Part shown: piece after piece, positions 1 through 8,174 of the stretch
Numbering within the stretch: the stretch's first letter is position 1
Layout: the number at the start of each line of letters is the position of its first letter
Assembly: GCF_042660085.1 (NCBI RefSeq)
Contig: NZ_JBHSTI010000002.1
Location: forward strand, 420,001 to 452,000
Source of the DNA: Longivirga aurantiaca
GTDB taxonomy: Bacteria; Actinomycetota; Actinomycetes; S36-B12; CAIYMF01
DNA length: 32,000 bases
Direction of reading: 5' to 3'
The notes under the pieces: model-generated
What the model saw: the letters and a program-made list of their open reading frames with translations, nothing else
The model's database searches: none
Told to the model about the DNA's origin: nothing
Position numbers and translations under genes: made by a program

Positions 1-1
1 G

Positions 2-2020
2 GTCAGCGTCGGCGTCGGCCTGGCGTTCATCCCGATCGGCGCGCTGATGGCGGGGCTCTCGCTTGCCGACTCGGCCTCGTTCGCGATCGGCCTCATCGTC
101 GCGAACGTCCCCGAGGGGCTGCTCCCCACGATCACGCTCGCGCTCGCCGTGGCCGTCCGCGAGCTGGCGCGCAAGGGGGCGCTCGTCAAGCGGCTCTCCG
201 CGGTCGAGACCCTCGGCGCCACGAGCGTCATCTGCACCGACAAGACCGGCACCTTGACCGAGAACCGCATGCACGCGGTGCTCGTGTGGACCACGTCCGG
301 CGAGCAGTGGCTCGGCGGCGCCCCCATGGCCGACGCCGAGTTCGCGCCGCTGCGCCGGCTCGCCGAGGTGCTCGCGTCCTGCAACACCGCCGAGCTCGCG
401 CCGGACGATCCGGCGCGACCCGACGCAGGTCCGGCCGGCACGGGCGACCCCACCGAGGTCGCGCTCCTCGCCGCTGCCCGCGTGATCGGCGCCGACGTCG
501 ACCCGCGGCCGCGCGAGGCCGCCCGGCGGGCGATGTTCCACTTCGACCCCGGCCGCAGGCTCATGACCACCGTCGACGACGTCGGCTCCCGCACCGTCGT
601 GCACACCAAGGGAGCGCCGGAGGAGGTGCTCGCGCGCAGCGCCGCGCTGCTCGACGACCACGGCACCGAGGTGCCGCTCGACGATGCGCGGCGCGAGCTC
701 GTCCTGGCGGCGACCCAGCGGTACGCGGCACGCGGTCTGCGCCTCATCGCCGCCGGCTACCGCGAGCTCGACGGCGGCGACGTGCCGCAGGAGCGGGACG
801 ACGCCGAGCGGGGCCTGGTGCTCACCGGCTTCGTCGCGCTGCTCGACCCTGCGCGCCCCGAGGTGCGGACCGCCGTGGATCGCTGCCACACCGCGGGGAT
901 CCGCGTCATCGTGCTCACCGGAGACCACCGGCTCACCGCGGGCGAGGTGGCACGCGAGGTGGGCATCGGCGGCCCGGACCTCCTCCCCGTGAACGCCTCC
1001 GAGCTCGACGCCCTCACCGACGACGAGTTCGACGCCCTCCTCGCCGGCGGCCGCGAGATGGTCATCGCTCGCTCGTCGCCGGAGATGAAGATGCGCGTGG
1101 CCGAGTCGCTGCAGTCGGGCGGTCACGTCGTCGCGATGACGGGCGACGGCGTCAACGACGCGCCCGCGCTGCGTCGTGCGGACATCGGCGTCGCCATGGG
1201 CCGGAGCGGGACCGACGTGGCCCGCGAGGCGGCCACGATGGTGCTCACCGACGACAACTTCAACACGATCGCGCAGGCGGTCGAGTCGGGCCGTCGCGTC
1301 TACGACAACGTCCGCAAGTTCGTGCTCTACATCTTCGCCCACGCCACTCCGGAGGTCGTGCCCTTCCTGGTGTTCGCGCTGTCGGGCGGGCGCGTGCCGC
1401 TGCCGATCACGGTGCTGCAGATCCTCTGCATCGACATCGGCACCGAGACGCTGCCGGCCCTGGCTCTCGGCCGGGAGCAGGCCGAGCCGGGCCTCATGCA
1501 CCAGCCGCCGCGGCCCAGCGGCGAGAAGCTCATCCGTGGCGCGCTGCTGCTGCGCGGGTGGCTGCTCCTGGGTGGGGTGAGCGCCGTCCTCGTCACTGGC
1601 GCCTTCTTCTGGACCTTGCTCGCCGGCGGCTGGAGCCCGGGCGCCGACGTCAGCGTCGGAGCGCCTCTGCACGACGTCTACCTCCAGGCCACGACGATGA
1701 CCTTCCTCGGGATCGTCGCCTGCCAGGTGGGCACGGCCTTCGCCGCGCGCACCGACCGCGCCTCGCTGTGGTCGATCGGGGTGCTGTCCAACCGCCTGCT
1801 GCTCTGGGGCATCGCCTTCGAGCTCGCGTTCGCCGCGCTCGTCGTGCTGGTCCCGGGCGTGAGCGACGTCCTCGGCATGGCCGCACCCCCCGTCGAGCAG
1901 GTGGCTGTGCTCCCGCTGTTCGCGGTGGTCGTGTGGGGCGTGGACGAGGTGGTGCGCTGGGTGCGCCGAACGCTCGACACGCGCCGGGAGGGCGCGGCGG
2001 TGGGGAGCGCGGGCGGATGA
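2..2020 (+). CDS. P-type (PEGL/P2-like) cation-transporting ATPase, 5'-truncated by the window edge
   Basis: The frame is open from base 2. It shows PEGL in a TM segment, the DKTGTLT phosphorylation motif, the [11 protein letters not shown] hinge motif and C-terminal TM helices. Stop is TGA at 2018-2020. Confidence 0.93.
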   Translation, partial: VSVGVGLAFIPIGALMAGLSLADSASFAIGLIVANVPEGLLPTITLALAVAVRELARKGALVKRLSAVETLGATSVICTDKTGTLTENRMHAVLVWTTSGEQWLGGAPMADAEFAPLRRLAEVLASCNTAELAPDDPARPDAGPAGTGDPTEVALLAAARVIGADVDPRPREAARRAMFHFDPGRRLMTTVDDVGSRTVVHTKGAPEEVLARSAALLDDHGTEVPLDDARRELVLAATQRYAARGLRLIAAGYRELDGGDVPQERDDAERGLVLTGFVALLDPARPEVRTAVDRCHTAGIRVIVLTGDHRLTAGEVAREVGIGGPDLLPVNASELDALTDDEFDALLAGGREMVIARSSPEMKMRVAESLQSGGHVVAMTGDGVNDAPALRRADIGVAMGRSGTDVAREAATMVLTDDNFNTIAQAVESGRRVYDNVRKFVLYIFAHATPEVVPFLVFALSGGRVPLPITVLQILCIDIGTETLPALALGREQAEPGLMHQPPRPSGEKLIRGALLLRGWLLLGGVSAVLVTGAFFWTLLAGGWSPGADVSVGAPLHDVYLQATTMTFLGIVACQVGTAFAARTDRASLWSIGVLSNRLLLWGIAFELAFAALVVLVPGVSDVLGMAAPPVEQVAVLPLFAVVVWGVDEVVRWVRRTLDTRREGAAVGSAGG

Positions 2021-2133
2021 GCGCAGCGAACCGCCCCGGGATGGGTGGAGGCTCGGTTCTCCCGGCTGGAGGGCGGTCCTGCGCCGGCATGGCCGTGTCA
2101 GGCGACGTGAAACGCGACGATGACCAGCGTGCA

Positions 2134-2151
2134 GCCTCACTGCTGTGAGGC
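2134..2151 (+). terminator. GC-rich stem-loop downstream of the ATPase gene
   Basis: GCCTCAC-tgct-GTGAGGC, a 7-bp perfect stem, followed by the AT-richer stretch cctaaactacgtacc. There is no clear U-tract. Confidence 0.35.
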
Positions 2152-2223
2152 CCTAAACTACGTACCTACCCAGCAAAGTTCCTGGTCAGAGCCCTGCGGG
2201 GTTGTCTCCAGGGTCTTGCCTAC

Positions 2224-2296
2224 GCCCTCGTAGCTCAGGGGATAGAGCATCGGTTTCCTAAACCGTGTGTCGCAGGTTCGAATCCTGCCGGGGGCA
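2224..2296 (+). tRNA. tRNA-Arg (anticodon CCT)
   Basis: Hand-folded cloverleaf. Acceptor GCCCTCG/CGGGGGC (one G-U pair), D arm GCTC/GAGC, anticodon loop TT-CCT-AA, T arm GCAGG-TTCGAAT-CCTGC, discriminator A. The 3' CCA is not encoded (ACCG follows). Confidence 0.95.
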
Positions 2297-2451
2297 CCGA
2301 CTTCCACTCGGCCGAAGGCCGCCGTCTGGAGGTGCCCCCTCCTCTGATTCGGGAGGAGCTCGACGCTGCCCCGCGCCGAAGGCGCCCGCCCGGCCCCGCG
2401 GCGACGGATCCTGCCGGGGCAGTGAGAGATGGTCACGACCTCACGGCCGCT

Positions 2452-2457
2452 TAGGGT
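2452..2457 (+). promoter_or_regulatory. -10-like hexamer TAGGGT, 6 nt before ATG 2464 (leaderless-type promoter)
   Basis: TANNNT hexamer, then the 6-nt spacer cggccc, then ATG. No Shine-Dalgarno sequence is present. Confidence 0.4.
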
Positions 2458-2463
2458 CGGCCC

Positions 2464-3450
2464 ATGGCTCAGGTACGGCTCTTCGGCGACGAGGTCCTCG
2501 CCCAGGGCCTGCGCGACCTGCTGCGCTCCACGCACCCTGTCGCGGCCGTCGCCGTCGTCACGCCGGCCGGTACGACGGTCGCGTCGTACGGAGCACCGCT
2601 CGAGTCGGAGTTCGAGATCGGGTCGCTGTCCAAGGCCATCACCGGCCTGCTCTACTCCGACGCCCTCGAGCGGGGGATCGTGCAGCCGACCACGCTGCTC
2701 GGCGACGTCCTGCCGCTGCCCGACTGCGACGCTGCGCGCGTCACGCTCGGGTCGCTGGCGACCCACGCGAGCGGCCTGCCCCGCCTGCCGAAGGGCTCGC
2801 AGACGATCACCAAGACGCTCGAGCTGTGGACCCGGGGCACCAACCCGTACGGCGAGACCCTCGGGCAGCTGCTCGAGCAGGCGCAGCGCACCCCGGTCGG
2901 CCAGGTCGGACGGCACTCCTACTCCAACCTCGGCTTCGAGCTGCTCGGCCATGCCGTGGCCGCAGCAGGAGGTACGACGTACCCCGAGCTCCTGCGCGAC
3001 CGGCTCACCGCGCCGCTCGGCCTGGCTGGCACGTACGTCACCGAGACGGTGGACGACCTGCGGGTGAACGCGATCCGTGGCCGAACGCGCAGCGGACGTG
3101 CCCGCGACTCCTGGGTCGGTGAGGCGCTCGCCCCGGCTGGCGCGATCCGTTCCACCGCGGGCGATCTCACCGCGCTCACCGAGGCTCTGCTCAACCGGTC
3201 AGCACCGGGCCTCGAAGCGCTCGACCCGGTCGAGCAGTTCGCCGGCCCGGCCGTGCGCATCGGCGCCGCCTGGATGATCCTCAGCCGCAAGGGCCGCGAC
3301 ATCACCTGGCACAACGGCCAGACCGGGGGCTTCGCCTCGTGGTGGGGCCTCGACCGCGCGGCGGGCACCGGCGTGGTGATCCTCTCCGGCACGTCGGCGA
3401 GCGTCGACCGCCACGGGTTCGAGCTGCTCGAGGCGGTCACGCCCACGTGA
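2464..3450 (+). CDS. serine hydrolase of the beta-lactamase class C / PBP-related family (no signal peptide)
   Basis: Shows SxxK (GSLSKAITG), YxN (HSYSNLGFELLG) and a C-terminal HNGQTGG motif. Third-position GC is high. Length 328 aa. Confidence 0.85.
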   Translation: MAQVRLFGDEVLAQGLRDLLRSTHPVAAVAVVTPAGTTVASYGAPLESEFEIGSLSKAITGLLYSDALERGIVQPTTLLGDVLPLPDCDAARVTLGSLATHASGLPRLPKGSQTITKTLELWTRGTNPYGETLGQLLEQAQRTPVGQVGRHSYSNLGFELLGHAVAAAGGTTYPELLRDRLTAPLGLAGTYVTETVDDLRVNAIRGRTRSGRARDSWVGEALAPAGAIRSTAGDLTALTEALLNRSAPGLEALDPVEQFAGPAVRIGAAWMILSRKGRDITWHNGQTGGFASWWGLDRAAGTGVVILSGTSASVDRHGFELLEAVTPT

Positions 3451-3472
3451 CAGCGCCGTCACCGGCACTGGG

Positions 3473-3478
3473 TACGGT
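3473..3478 (+). promoter_or_regulatory. -10-like hexamer TACGGT, 6 nt before ATG 3485 (leaderless-type promoter)
   Basis: TANNNT hexamer, then the 6-nt spacer cagtgc, then ATG. No Shine-Dalgarno sequence is present. Confidence 0.4.
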
Positions 3479-3484
3479 CAGTGC

Positions 3485-3799
3485 ATGACAGGCCCGGACG
3501 ACATCATCACGATCGCGCTGCGCGTCTTCGAGACCGCGCGCGAAGGCCGCACCGCCGAGCTGGTGAAGTACCTCGACGCCGGCGTGCCGGTCGACTTCAC
3601 GAGCCCGAACGGCGACACCCTGCTCATCGTCGCGTCGCACCAGGGCCACCTCGACACCGTGCAGGTGCTCCTCGACCGCGGCGCCGACCACTCCCGGGTC
3701 AACAAGCTGGGCGACACCGCGCTCGACAGTGCCCTGATGCAGAACCACGACGAGGTCGCGCGCGCCCTCCTCAAGGCAGGCGCGGTCCTCGAGCCGTAG
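3485..3799 (+). CDS. ankyrin-repeat protein (about 3 ANK repeats, 104 aa)
   Basis: Repeated ANK signature: NGDTLLIVASHQGHLDTVQVLLDRGADHS, then LGDTALDSALMQNHDEVARALLKAGA. Confidence 0.85.
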   Translation: MTGPDDIITIALRVFETAREGRTAELVKYLDAGVPVDFTSPNGDTLLIVASHQGHLDTVQVLLDRGADHSRVNKLGDTALDSALMQNHDEVARALLKAGAVLEP

Positions 3800-3809
3800 C
3801 CGGGCTCGG

Positions 3810-5570
3810 TCAGTCCTTCTCCCTGGTGAGCGCCCGCCAGACCCAGCTCGAGGCTGCCGGCTCGTCGGACAAGCAGTAAGCCGCCGACGCGTCGACCAGC
3901 AGCGTCGACTCCATCGACCGCCTCGCGGCGGGCCTGCCGGCCAGCAATAGCCGGTCGCCGGCATGCAACCGGTGGTCGTCGGGTGGGGCAAGCGTGGTCC
4001 CGAGGTAGCTGTCGACCATGAGGCAGACCACGTCGAGCGTCGTGTCGCGGTCGAGCGGGTCGCGCAGTAGATCGCCGAGCAGCACGTGGTGGTGCGCCAT
4101 CCGACGTTCCACGGCAGGTGCCTCGGTGGCGTTCACGGCGACCTCCCACAGCTCCGGGGAACCGAAGCCGCAGCGCTCGAGCAGCCGGTCCAGCAGCGCG
4201 GACGCCCAGGCCTGGCCGAGGTGCGCCGTCGACTCCAGGAAGTGCCACAGCATCGGAGCCCCGATGTGGGCGAGCGCCTCCTGAGCCACCACGGTCGTGG
4301 GGACGAGCAGCAGGTCGATGCGCATCGCCTCGAACAGCTCGGTGTTCGACGGCTGGTTCTGCCGGGCCACGACGTACATCGTCGGGTTGGACTTACGGGC
4401 GGCTGCCACGAGCGAGAGGTTCGTGATGTCGTTGTCCGTACCGGCGACGAATCCGACGGCGCGGCCGATGCCGGCGCGCTCGAGGATGTCTCGGCTCGTT
4501 CCGTCTCCGACGATGACGTCGTCGGCGCCCTCGGGGTCGTCGGTGAGTCCGGTGCCGGCGTCGATCACCATGACCTCGAGCTCCTGGCGGCGCAGGTCGC
4601 GGGTCATCTCACGTCCGAAACGGCCGTAGCCGTAGATGATCCAGAGGCCCGGCTCGACGGTCGCGTGCGCCTCGGGCAGCGGAGCGCCGGGGGCGCGGGT
4701 GAGCCAGTTCGACAGCTGCTCCGAGGCGGGGGCGCGCAGAGCGACGGTGAAGTGGTCGCCGAACCTGTCGAACGGGTCGATCACCGTGGGGTTGCCGAAG
4801 GCCCGCATGCGCGCCGTGATCGCCGACGACGAGCTCCGCGCGATCACCGGCAGGTCCGGCCGCAGCACCGTCGCGGCCATCGTGATCGCGAGGTTCGCCT
4901 CGTCGTCGTCGGTCAGCGCCAGGACCCCTGCGCAGCTGGGGTGCTTGAGGCCGGCCTGCACCAGCATCTGGGGATTGCGCGCGTCGGCCACGATGGCCGG
5001 TACGTCGGATCCGTACGACCCGAGGTCGAGGTCGTCGACCGCCTCCTCGCGGTGGTCGACCACGACGAACCGGCGGCCCAGCTCATCGAGCCAGGTGCCG
5101 AGCAGCTCACCGGTCTGCCCGTGGCCGGCCATCAACCAGAAGGGCTCGCGCATCCGGGTGACCGCTCGACGGAACCTCTGCGCGGCGATGGCCTGCTTGA
5201 ACGGGCGGGCCTGGAGCAGGGACAGCAGCGAACCGATCGCGTACGCCCACCCCACGACCGTGAGGTAGATCGACAGGGTCACCCACATCCGCTGCGCGTC
5301 GTTGAAGGGCTGCGGGATCTCGCCGTACCCGATCGTGGTGGCCGTGTAGCTCATGAAGTAGAACGCGTCGAAGAAGCCCATCCGCCATGGGCCGTCCTCG
5401 GACGTCCCCGGTATCAGCGTCAACCCGAGGACGCTGATGGAGAAGATCGTGATGAGGACGATGAACGGGGTCCGCATCCGGCGAAGGACGAGGAACATCG
5501 CCTCGGACGACTGGGGTCCGACGGCCTCGCGCACGCGTGCGTTGCTCGGAGCCTGTTCCAGCCACGACAT
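3810..5570 (-). CDS. potassium channel with two RCK/TrkA-N domains
   Basis: Selectivity filter TTIGYGE sits between two TM helices. Two Rossmann GxGxxG motifs (AGHGQTG, GYGRFG) mark tandem RCK domains. Length 586 aa. Confidence 0.9.
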   Translation of the reverse strand: MSWLEQAPSNARVREAVGPQSSEAMFLVLRRMRTPFIVLITIFSISVLGLTLIPGTSEDGPWRMGFFDAFYFMSYTATTIGYGEIPQPFNDAQRMWVTLSIYLTVVGWAYAIGSLLSLLQARPFKQAIAAQRFRRAVTRMREPFWLMAGHGQTGELLGTWLDELGRRFVVVDHREEAVDDLDLGSYGSDVPAIVADARNPQMLVQAGLKHPSCAGVLALTDDDEANLAITMAATVLRPDLPVIARSSSSAITARMRAFGNPTVIDPFDRFGDHFTVALRAPASEQLSNWLTRAPGAPLPEAHATVEPGLWIIYGYGRFGREMTRDLRRQELEVMVIDAGTGLTDDPEGADDVIVGDGTSRDILERAGIGRAVGFVAGTDNDITNLSLVAAARKSNPTMYVVARQNQPSNTELFEAMRIDLLLVPTTVVAQEALAHIGAPMLWHFLESTAHLGQAWASALLDRLLERCGFGSPELWEVAVNATEAPAVERRMAHHHVLLGDLLRDPLDRDTTLDVVCLMVDSYLGTTLAPPDDHRLHAGDRLLLAGRPAARRSMESTLLVDASAAYCLSDEPAASSWVWRALTREKD

Positions 5571-5578
5571 GGCCCGGC

Positions 5579-5965
5579 CTACCGACGTCGGTAGGAGACG
5601 GTCTCGACGACGAGCAGCACGACCGAGACCAGGTTGGCCAGCAGGGCGCCTGCGGAGAGCGAGACGACGCTCGCCATCGCCTCGGGGGTGATGCCCTCGG
5701 GGCTTACGTTGTTGGCGTAGACCAGGACGACGGCTGCCGCGATGAGCTGGAGGTCGGCGACCAGGCTCGTCGCGAGGTGGACCGCACCGATCTGGGTGCG
5801 GTCGCCGAACTTGAGCACGGTGGCGATCAAGTTGACGATCACCGCGGCGAAGAGCTCGTACCGGTTGTGCACCGACGGGTCGTCGATGTCCCCGATGAAG
5901 AAGCCGAAGTTGAGCGTCGCGGCGAGGAGCACGAAGAACCCGAAGATCACTTTCTCGAGGTTCAC
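5579..5965 (-). CDS. small integral membrane protein (about 4 TM), unknown function, co-transcribed with the K+ channel
   Basis: Only the C-terminal part of the 420-aa track ORF looks real. GGAGGA lies 6 nt upstream of GTG 5965 (an alternative GTG is at 5971). The sequence is hydrophobic, and the stop is 8 nt before the channel start codon. Confidence 0.7.
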   Translation of the reverse strand: MNLEKVIFGFFVLLAATLNFGFFIGDIDDPSVHNRYELFAAVIVNLIATVLKFGDRTQIGAVHLATSLVADLQLIAAAVVLVYANNVSPEGITPEAMASVVSLSAGALLANLVSVVLLVVETVSYRRR

Positions 5966-6211
5966 AGTCACTCCTCCGGCCTGCGTGGTTCCCGTTGCCC
6001 CGATGCTAGGGACACGGAGGGCGGTCGTCGGTGCGCCTCGCCGCCCGGGCTCTACCGTCGGCCTGCTTCTGCTCGGCCGGATGGCGCAGGGCTGCGACCG
6101 GCCCCCCGAGTCGACCCTCGCCACGGTGGCCTGGCTCGAGGCGCACGTCCACGTCGACCCCGCGCTGGCTGCCCGGGTCCGATCACTCTCGGCATGAGGT
6201 GGCCGAAGGGC

Positions 6212-6217
6212 TAGCCT
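6212..6217 (+). promoter_or_regulatory. -10-like hexamer TAGCCT, 6 nt before ATG 6224 (leaderless-type promoter)
   Basis: TANNNT hexamer, then the 6-nt spacer cccgcc, then ATG. Confidence 0.4.
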
Positions 6218-6223
6218 CCCGCC

Positions 6224-6853
6224 ATGGCCGGCGCCCTCCTCCTCGACCTCGACCGCACCCTCGTCAACGTCCAGCTGTTCACCGACTACGACGCAGCCTG
6301 AGCCGACGTCGTGCAGCTCGTGGGCGAGCATCCCGTCGACCTCGGTCTCGACACCGGATGGACGTCGGCGACGCGTGCCTGCATGGCGATCCTCGGCGAC
6401 CTCCCCGCCGGCGAGCTCTGGACCGCGGTCGACCGCGCCATCGCGGTGCACGAGCATGCGGCAGTCGACCGGTCGGTCACCATGCCCGGGGCCACGCAGT
6501 TCGTCGAGGTCACTGCCGACCGACCGACCGCCGTCGTCACGCTGCTGCCGCCCGACGTCGCGGCCGCGGTGCTCGCGAGGCACGGCATGGCGATCGACGT
6601 CGTGGTCGGGCGCGACCCCGTCGTACGGCCCAAGCCCAGCGGTGACGGTCTGCGTACGGCGCTCGAGCTCCTCGGCGAGGACGCCGCGACCGCCGTGATG
6701 GTGGGCGACTCGTCGTGGGACGCCGCGGCCGCGCGCGATGCCGGGGTCCGCTTCGTGGGCGTGCACGCGCCGAGGTCCGAGTTCGTGGACGTGGACCCGC
6801 AGGCTCCGGTGTGCTCGAGCCTCGCCGACGTCCTCCTGCACGTCTCCCGCTGA
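6224..6853 (+). pseudogene. HAD-superfamily hydrolase interrupted by an in-frame TGA at 6299-6301
   Basis: ATG 6224 encodes MAGALLLDLDRTLV (HAD motif I, DxDxT), in the same frame as track ORF 6311..6853. That ORF carries the K and GDSxxD motifs (RPKPSGDG, VMVGDSSWDAAAARDAG). A single TGA separates the two parts. Confidence 0.7.
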
Positions 6854-6857
6854 GCGG

Positions 6858-7487
6858 TCAGCCTGCGGTCGCGACGTCCACGACCAGCCGCGGCGGGCCG
6901 GACAGCTCGGTCACGACGAACGGCGCCTCGCCGTCGACGCCGAGCACCCAGCTGAGCACCGCCTCGAAGTCGCCGGTGCGCACCGCCTCGGTCACCCGCA
7001 CGGTGTCGCCCGTGACGCGGTCGGGGCCGGTGTACGTCGGCTCGTCCGGCGCGCCGACGAGGTCCCAGCCCGAGGACGGCTCGAGCCTGATCCAGAGGAC
7101 CGCGCTCCCCTCCACCTCGACGAGGTCGCCGGACGGGTCGGCGGTGGGCGACCCGGAGATGTACGAGACCTGGTAGCCGGGGACCGCGTCACGGAACTCG
7201 AGCACGAACCGGTCGTAGCCGGGATGGCCCGCGAGCCGGACGGAGGTGAGCAGGCCGAACCCGTCGTCGCCCGGCGGCCGCGACACCGGCGTCGTCGCGG
7301 CACCCGGAAGCGTCGGCGTCGGCTCGGGGACAGGGGTGGTCGTGCTCACGCTCGGCGACGGCGACGGCGACGGCGACGTCGATCCGCTGGGCCCGGGGGC
7401 GGGCGAGCCGCACGACGAGAGGACGAGCGCGAGCGAGAGCGCCGTCGCGGCCTGCGCGGCGGTCCGGAACACCCCGGACGTCCCCAC
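6858..7487 (-). CDS. secreted lipoprotein with a Ser/Pro/Thr linker and a beta-rich C-terminal domain of unknown function
   Basis: Signal peptide plus lipobox (ALSLALVLSS-C), an SPSPSPSPS/TTTPVPEPTP linker, and high third-position GC. The start is uncertain: GTG 7487 overlaps GGAG, and GTG 7472 is an alternative. Confidence 0.7.
   Translation of the reverse strand: MGTSGVFRTAAQAATALSLALVLSSCGSPAPGPSGSTSPSPSPSPSVSTTTPVPEPTPTLPGAATTPVSRPPGDDGFGLLTSVRLAGHPGYDRFVLEFRDAVPGYQVSYISGSPTADPSGDLVEVEGSAVLWIRLEPSSGWDLVGAPDEPTYTGPDRVTGDTVRVTEAVRTGDFEAVLSWVLGVDGEAPFVVTELSGPPRLVVDVATAG
7354..7377. repeat. hexanucleotide microsatellite (GGCGAC)x4 inside the lipoprotein linker
   Basis: Four perfect tandem copies, encoding (Ser-Pro)4 on the minus strand. 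The unit length is in-frame. Confidence 0.9.
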
Positions 7488-7549
7488 TCCTTCGACGGTA
7501 CGCCGCTCGACCGGCGGTGTCTCCCGGCCGGTGCTCCCCGGCCCCGCCT

Positions 7550-7569
7550 GTGGTGTGGTGTGCTGTGAT
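7550..7569. repeat. four tandem GTGNT pentamers in the divergent lipoprotein / ECF-sigma promoter region
   Basis: GTGGT GTGGT GTGCT GTGAT read directly from the sequence. Confidence 0.6.
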
Positions 7570-7613
7570 GCCCCGGCAGAGGCCCGGGGTCGGGAACAGG
7601 ACGGAGCGTCAGG

Positions 7614-8174
7614 GTGCTCGAGGAGCGCTTCGCGGGGGTGCTGGCGGGAGCCGCAGCCGGCGACGAGCGAGCCTTCGACGCGCTCTACCGCGACCTGCAC
7701 CCCGCCTTGCTGCGCTACCTCCGCTCGCTGCACTGGGAGCTGGCCGAGGACTCGGCGTCCGAGGCCTGGATCGAGGTCGCGCGCGGTGTCAGCGCGTTCG
7801 TCGGGCCCGAGAAGGCCTTCCGCTCGTGGGTGTTCGCCATCGCGCGGCGCAAGCTCATCGACCGCATCCGCTACGAGACCCGCCGGCCCGGTGCCTCCTT
7901 CGACGACGTCCCGGACGCCGGCCCATCGGTGCCGGATGTCGCAGAGCTGGTCCTCGAGAAGGACGCGACCACGCACGCTCTCGCCCTCATCCGCACCTTG
8001 CCGCGCGATCAGGGCGAGGCCGTGATGCTGCGCGTGGTCGTGGGCATGGACCACGCGGAGATCGCCGAGGTCATGGGACGTACGCCCGGAGCCGTGCGCG
8101 TCCTCGTCCACCGGGGGCTGCGACGCCTGGAGCGAGAGCTCACCGAACGTGGACTTCGGAGCGTAACGCCATGA
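7614..8174 (+). CDS. ECF-type RNA polymerase sigma-70 family factor
   Basis: Region 2 (FDALYRDLHPALLRYL, SWVFAIARRKLIDRIR) and the region 4 HTH (LPRDQGEAVMLRVVVGMDHAEIAEVMGRTPGAVRVLVHRGLRRL) are both present. GGAG lies 7 nt upstream of GTG 7614. Confidence 0.9.
   Translation: MLEERFAGVLAGAAAGDERAFDALYRDLHPALLRYLRSLHWELAEDSASEAWIEVARGVSAFVGPEKAFRSWVFAIARRKLIDRIRYETRRPGASFDDVPDAGPSVPDVAELVLEKDATTHALALIRTLPRDQGEAVMLRVVVGMDHAEIAEVMGRTPGAVRVLVHRGLRRLERELTERGLRSVTP

Noticed and set aside
286-2148. 620-aa plus-strand ORF overlapping the P-type ATPase in another frame. The same applies to similar long alternative-frame ORFs: 10182..12242 (+), 28046..29320 (-), 29215..31299 (+) and 29585..31243 (-).
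   Set aside because: The translations are extremely Arg/Pro/Gly/Ala-rich. Each overlaps a frame with strong family motifs and high third-position GC, so these are frame-shadow artefacts.
2297-3810. Genomic island integrated at tRNA-Arg
   Set aside because: There is no integrase or recombinase, no visible direct repeat of the tRNA 3' end in the window, and no GC shift. It is kept only as a low-interest note.
6299-6301. In-frame TGA in the HAD gene as selenocysteine or programmed recoding
   Set aside because: HAD hydrolases are not known selenoproteins. The position is not a catalytic residue, and I saw no obvious SECIS-like hairpin immediately downstream. A nonsense mutation or a base-call error is more parsimonious.
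5966-6841. N-terminal 290 aa of the 420-aa track ORF 5579..6841 (-)
   Set aside because: The upstream part is Arg/Gly/His-rich, non-hydrophobic and antisense to the HAD gene. A GGAGGA site and a GTG sit exactly where the hydrophobic protein begins (5965/5971).
7592-7611. ECF-type promoter (GGGAAC ... CGTC) upstream of the sigma factor gene
   Set aside because: GGAAC and CGTC are only about 9 nt apart, whereas about 16-17 nt is expected. The element also abuts the RBS and start codon, leaving no room for a transcript start.
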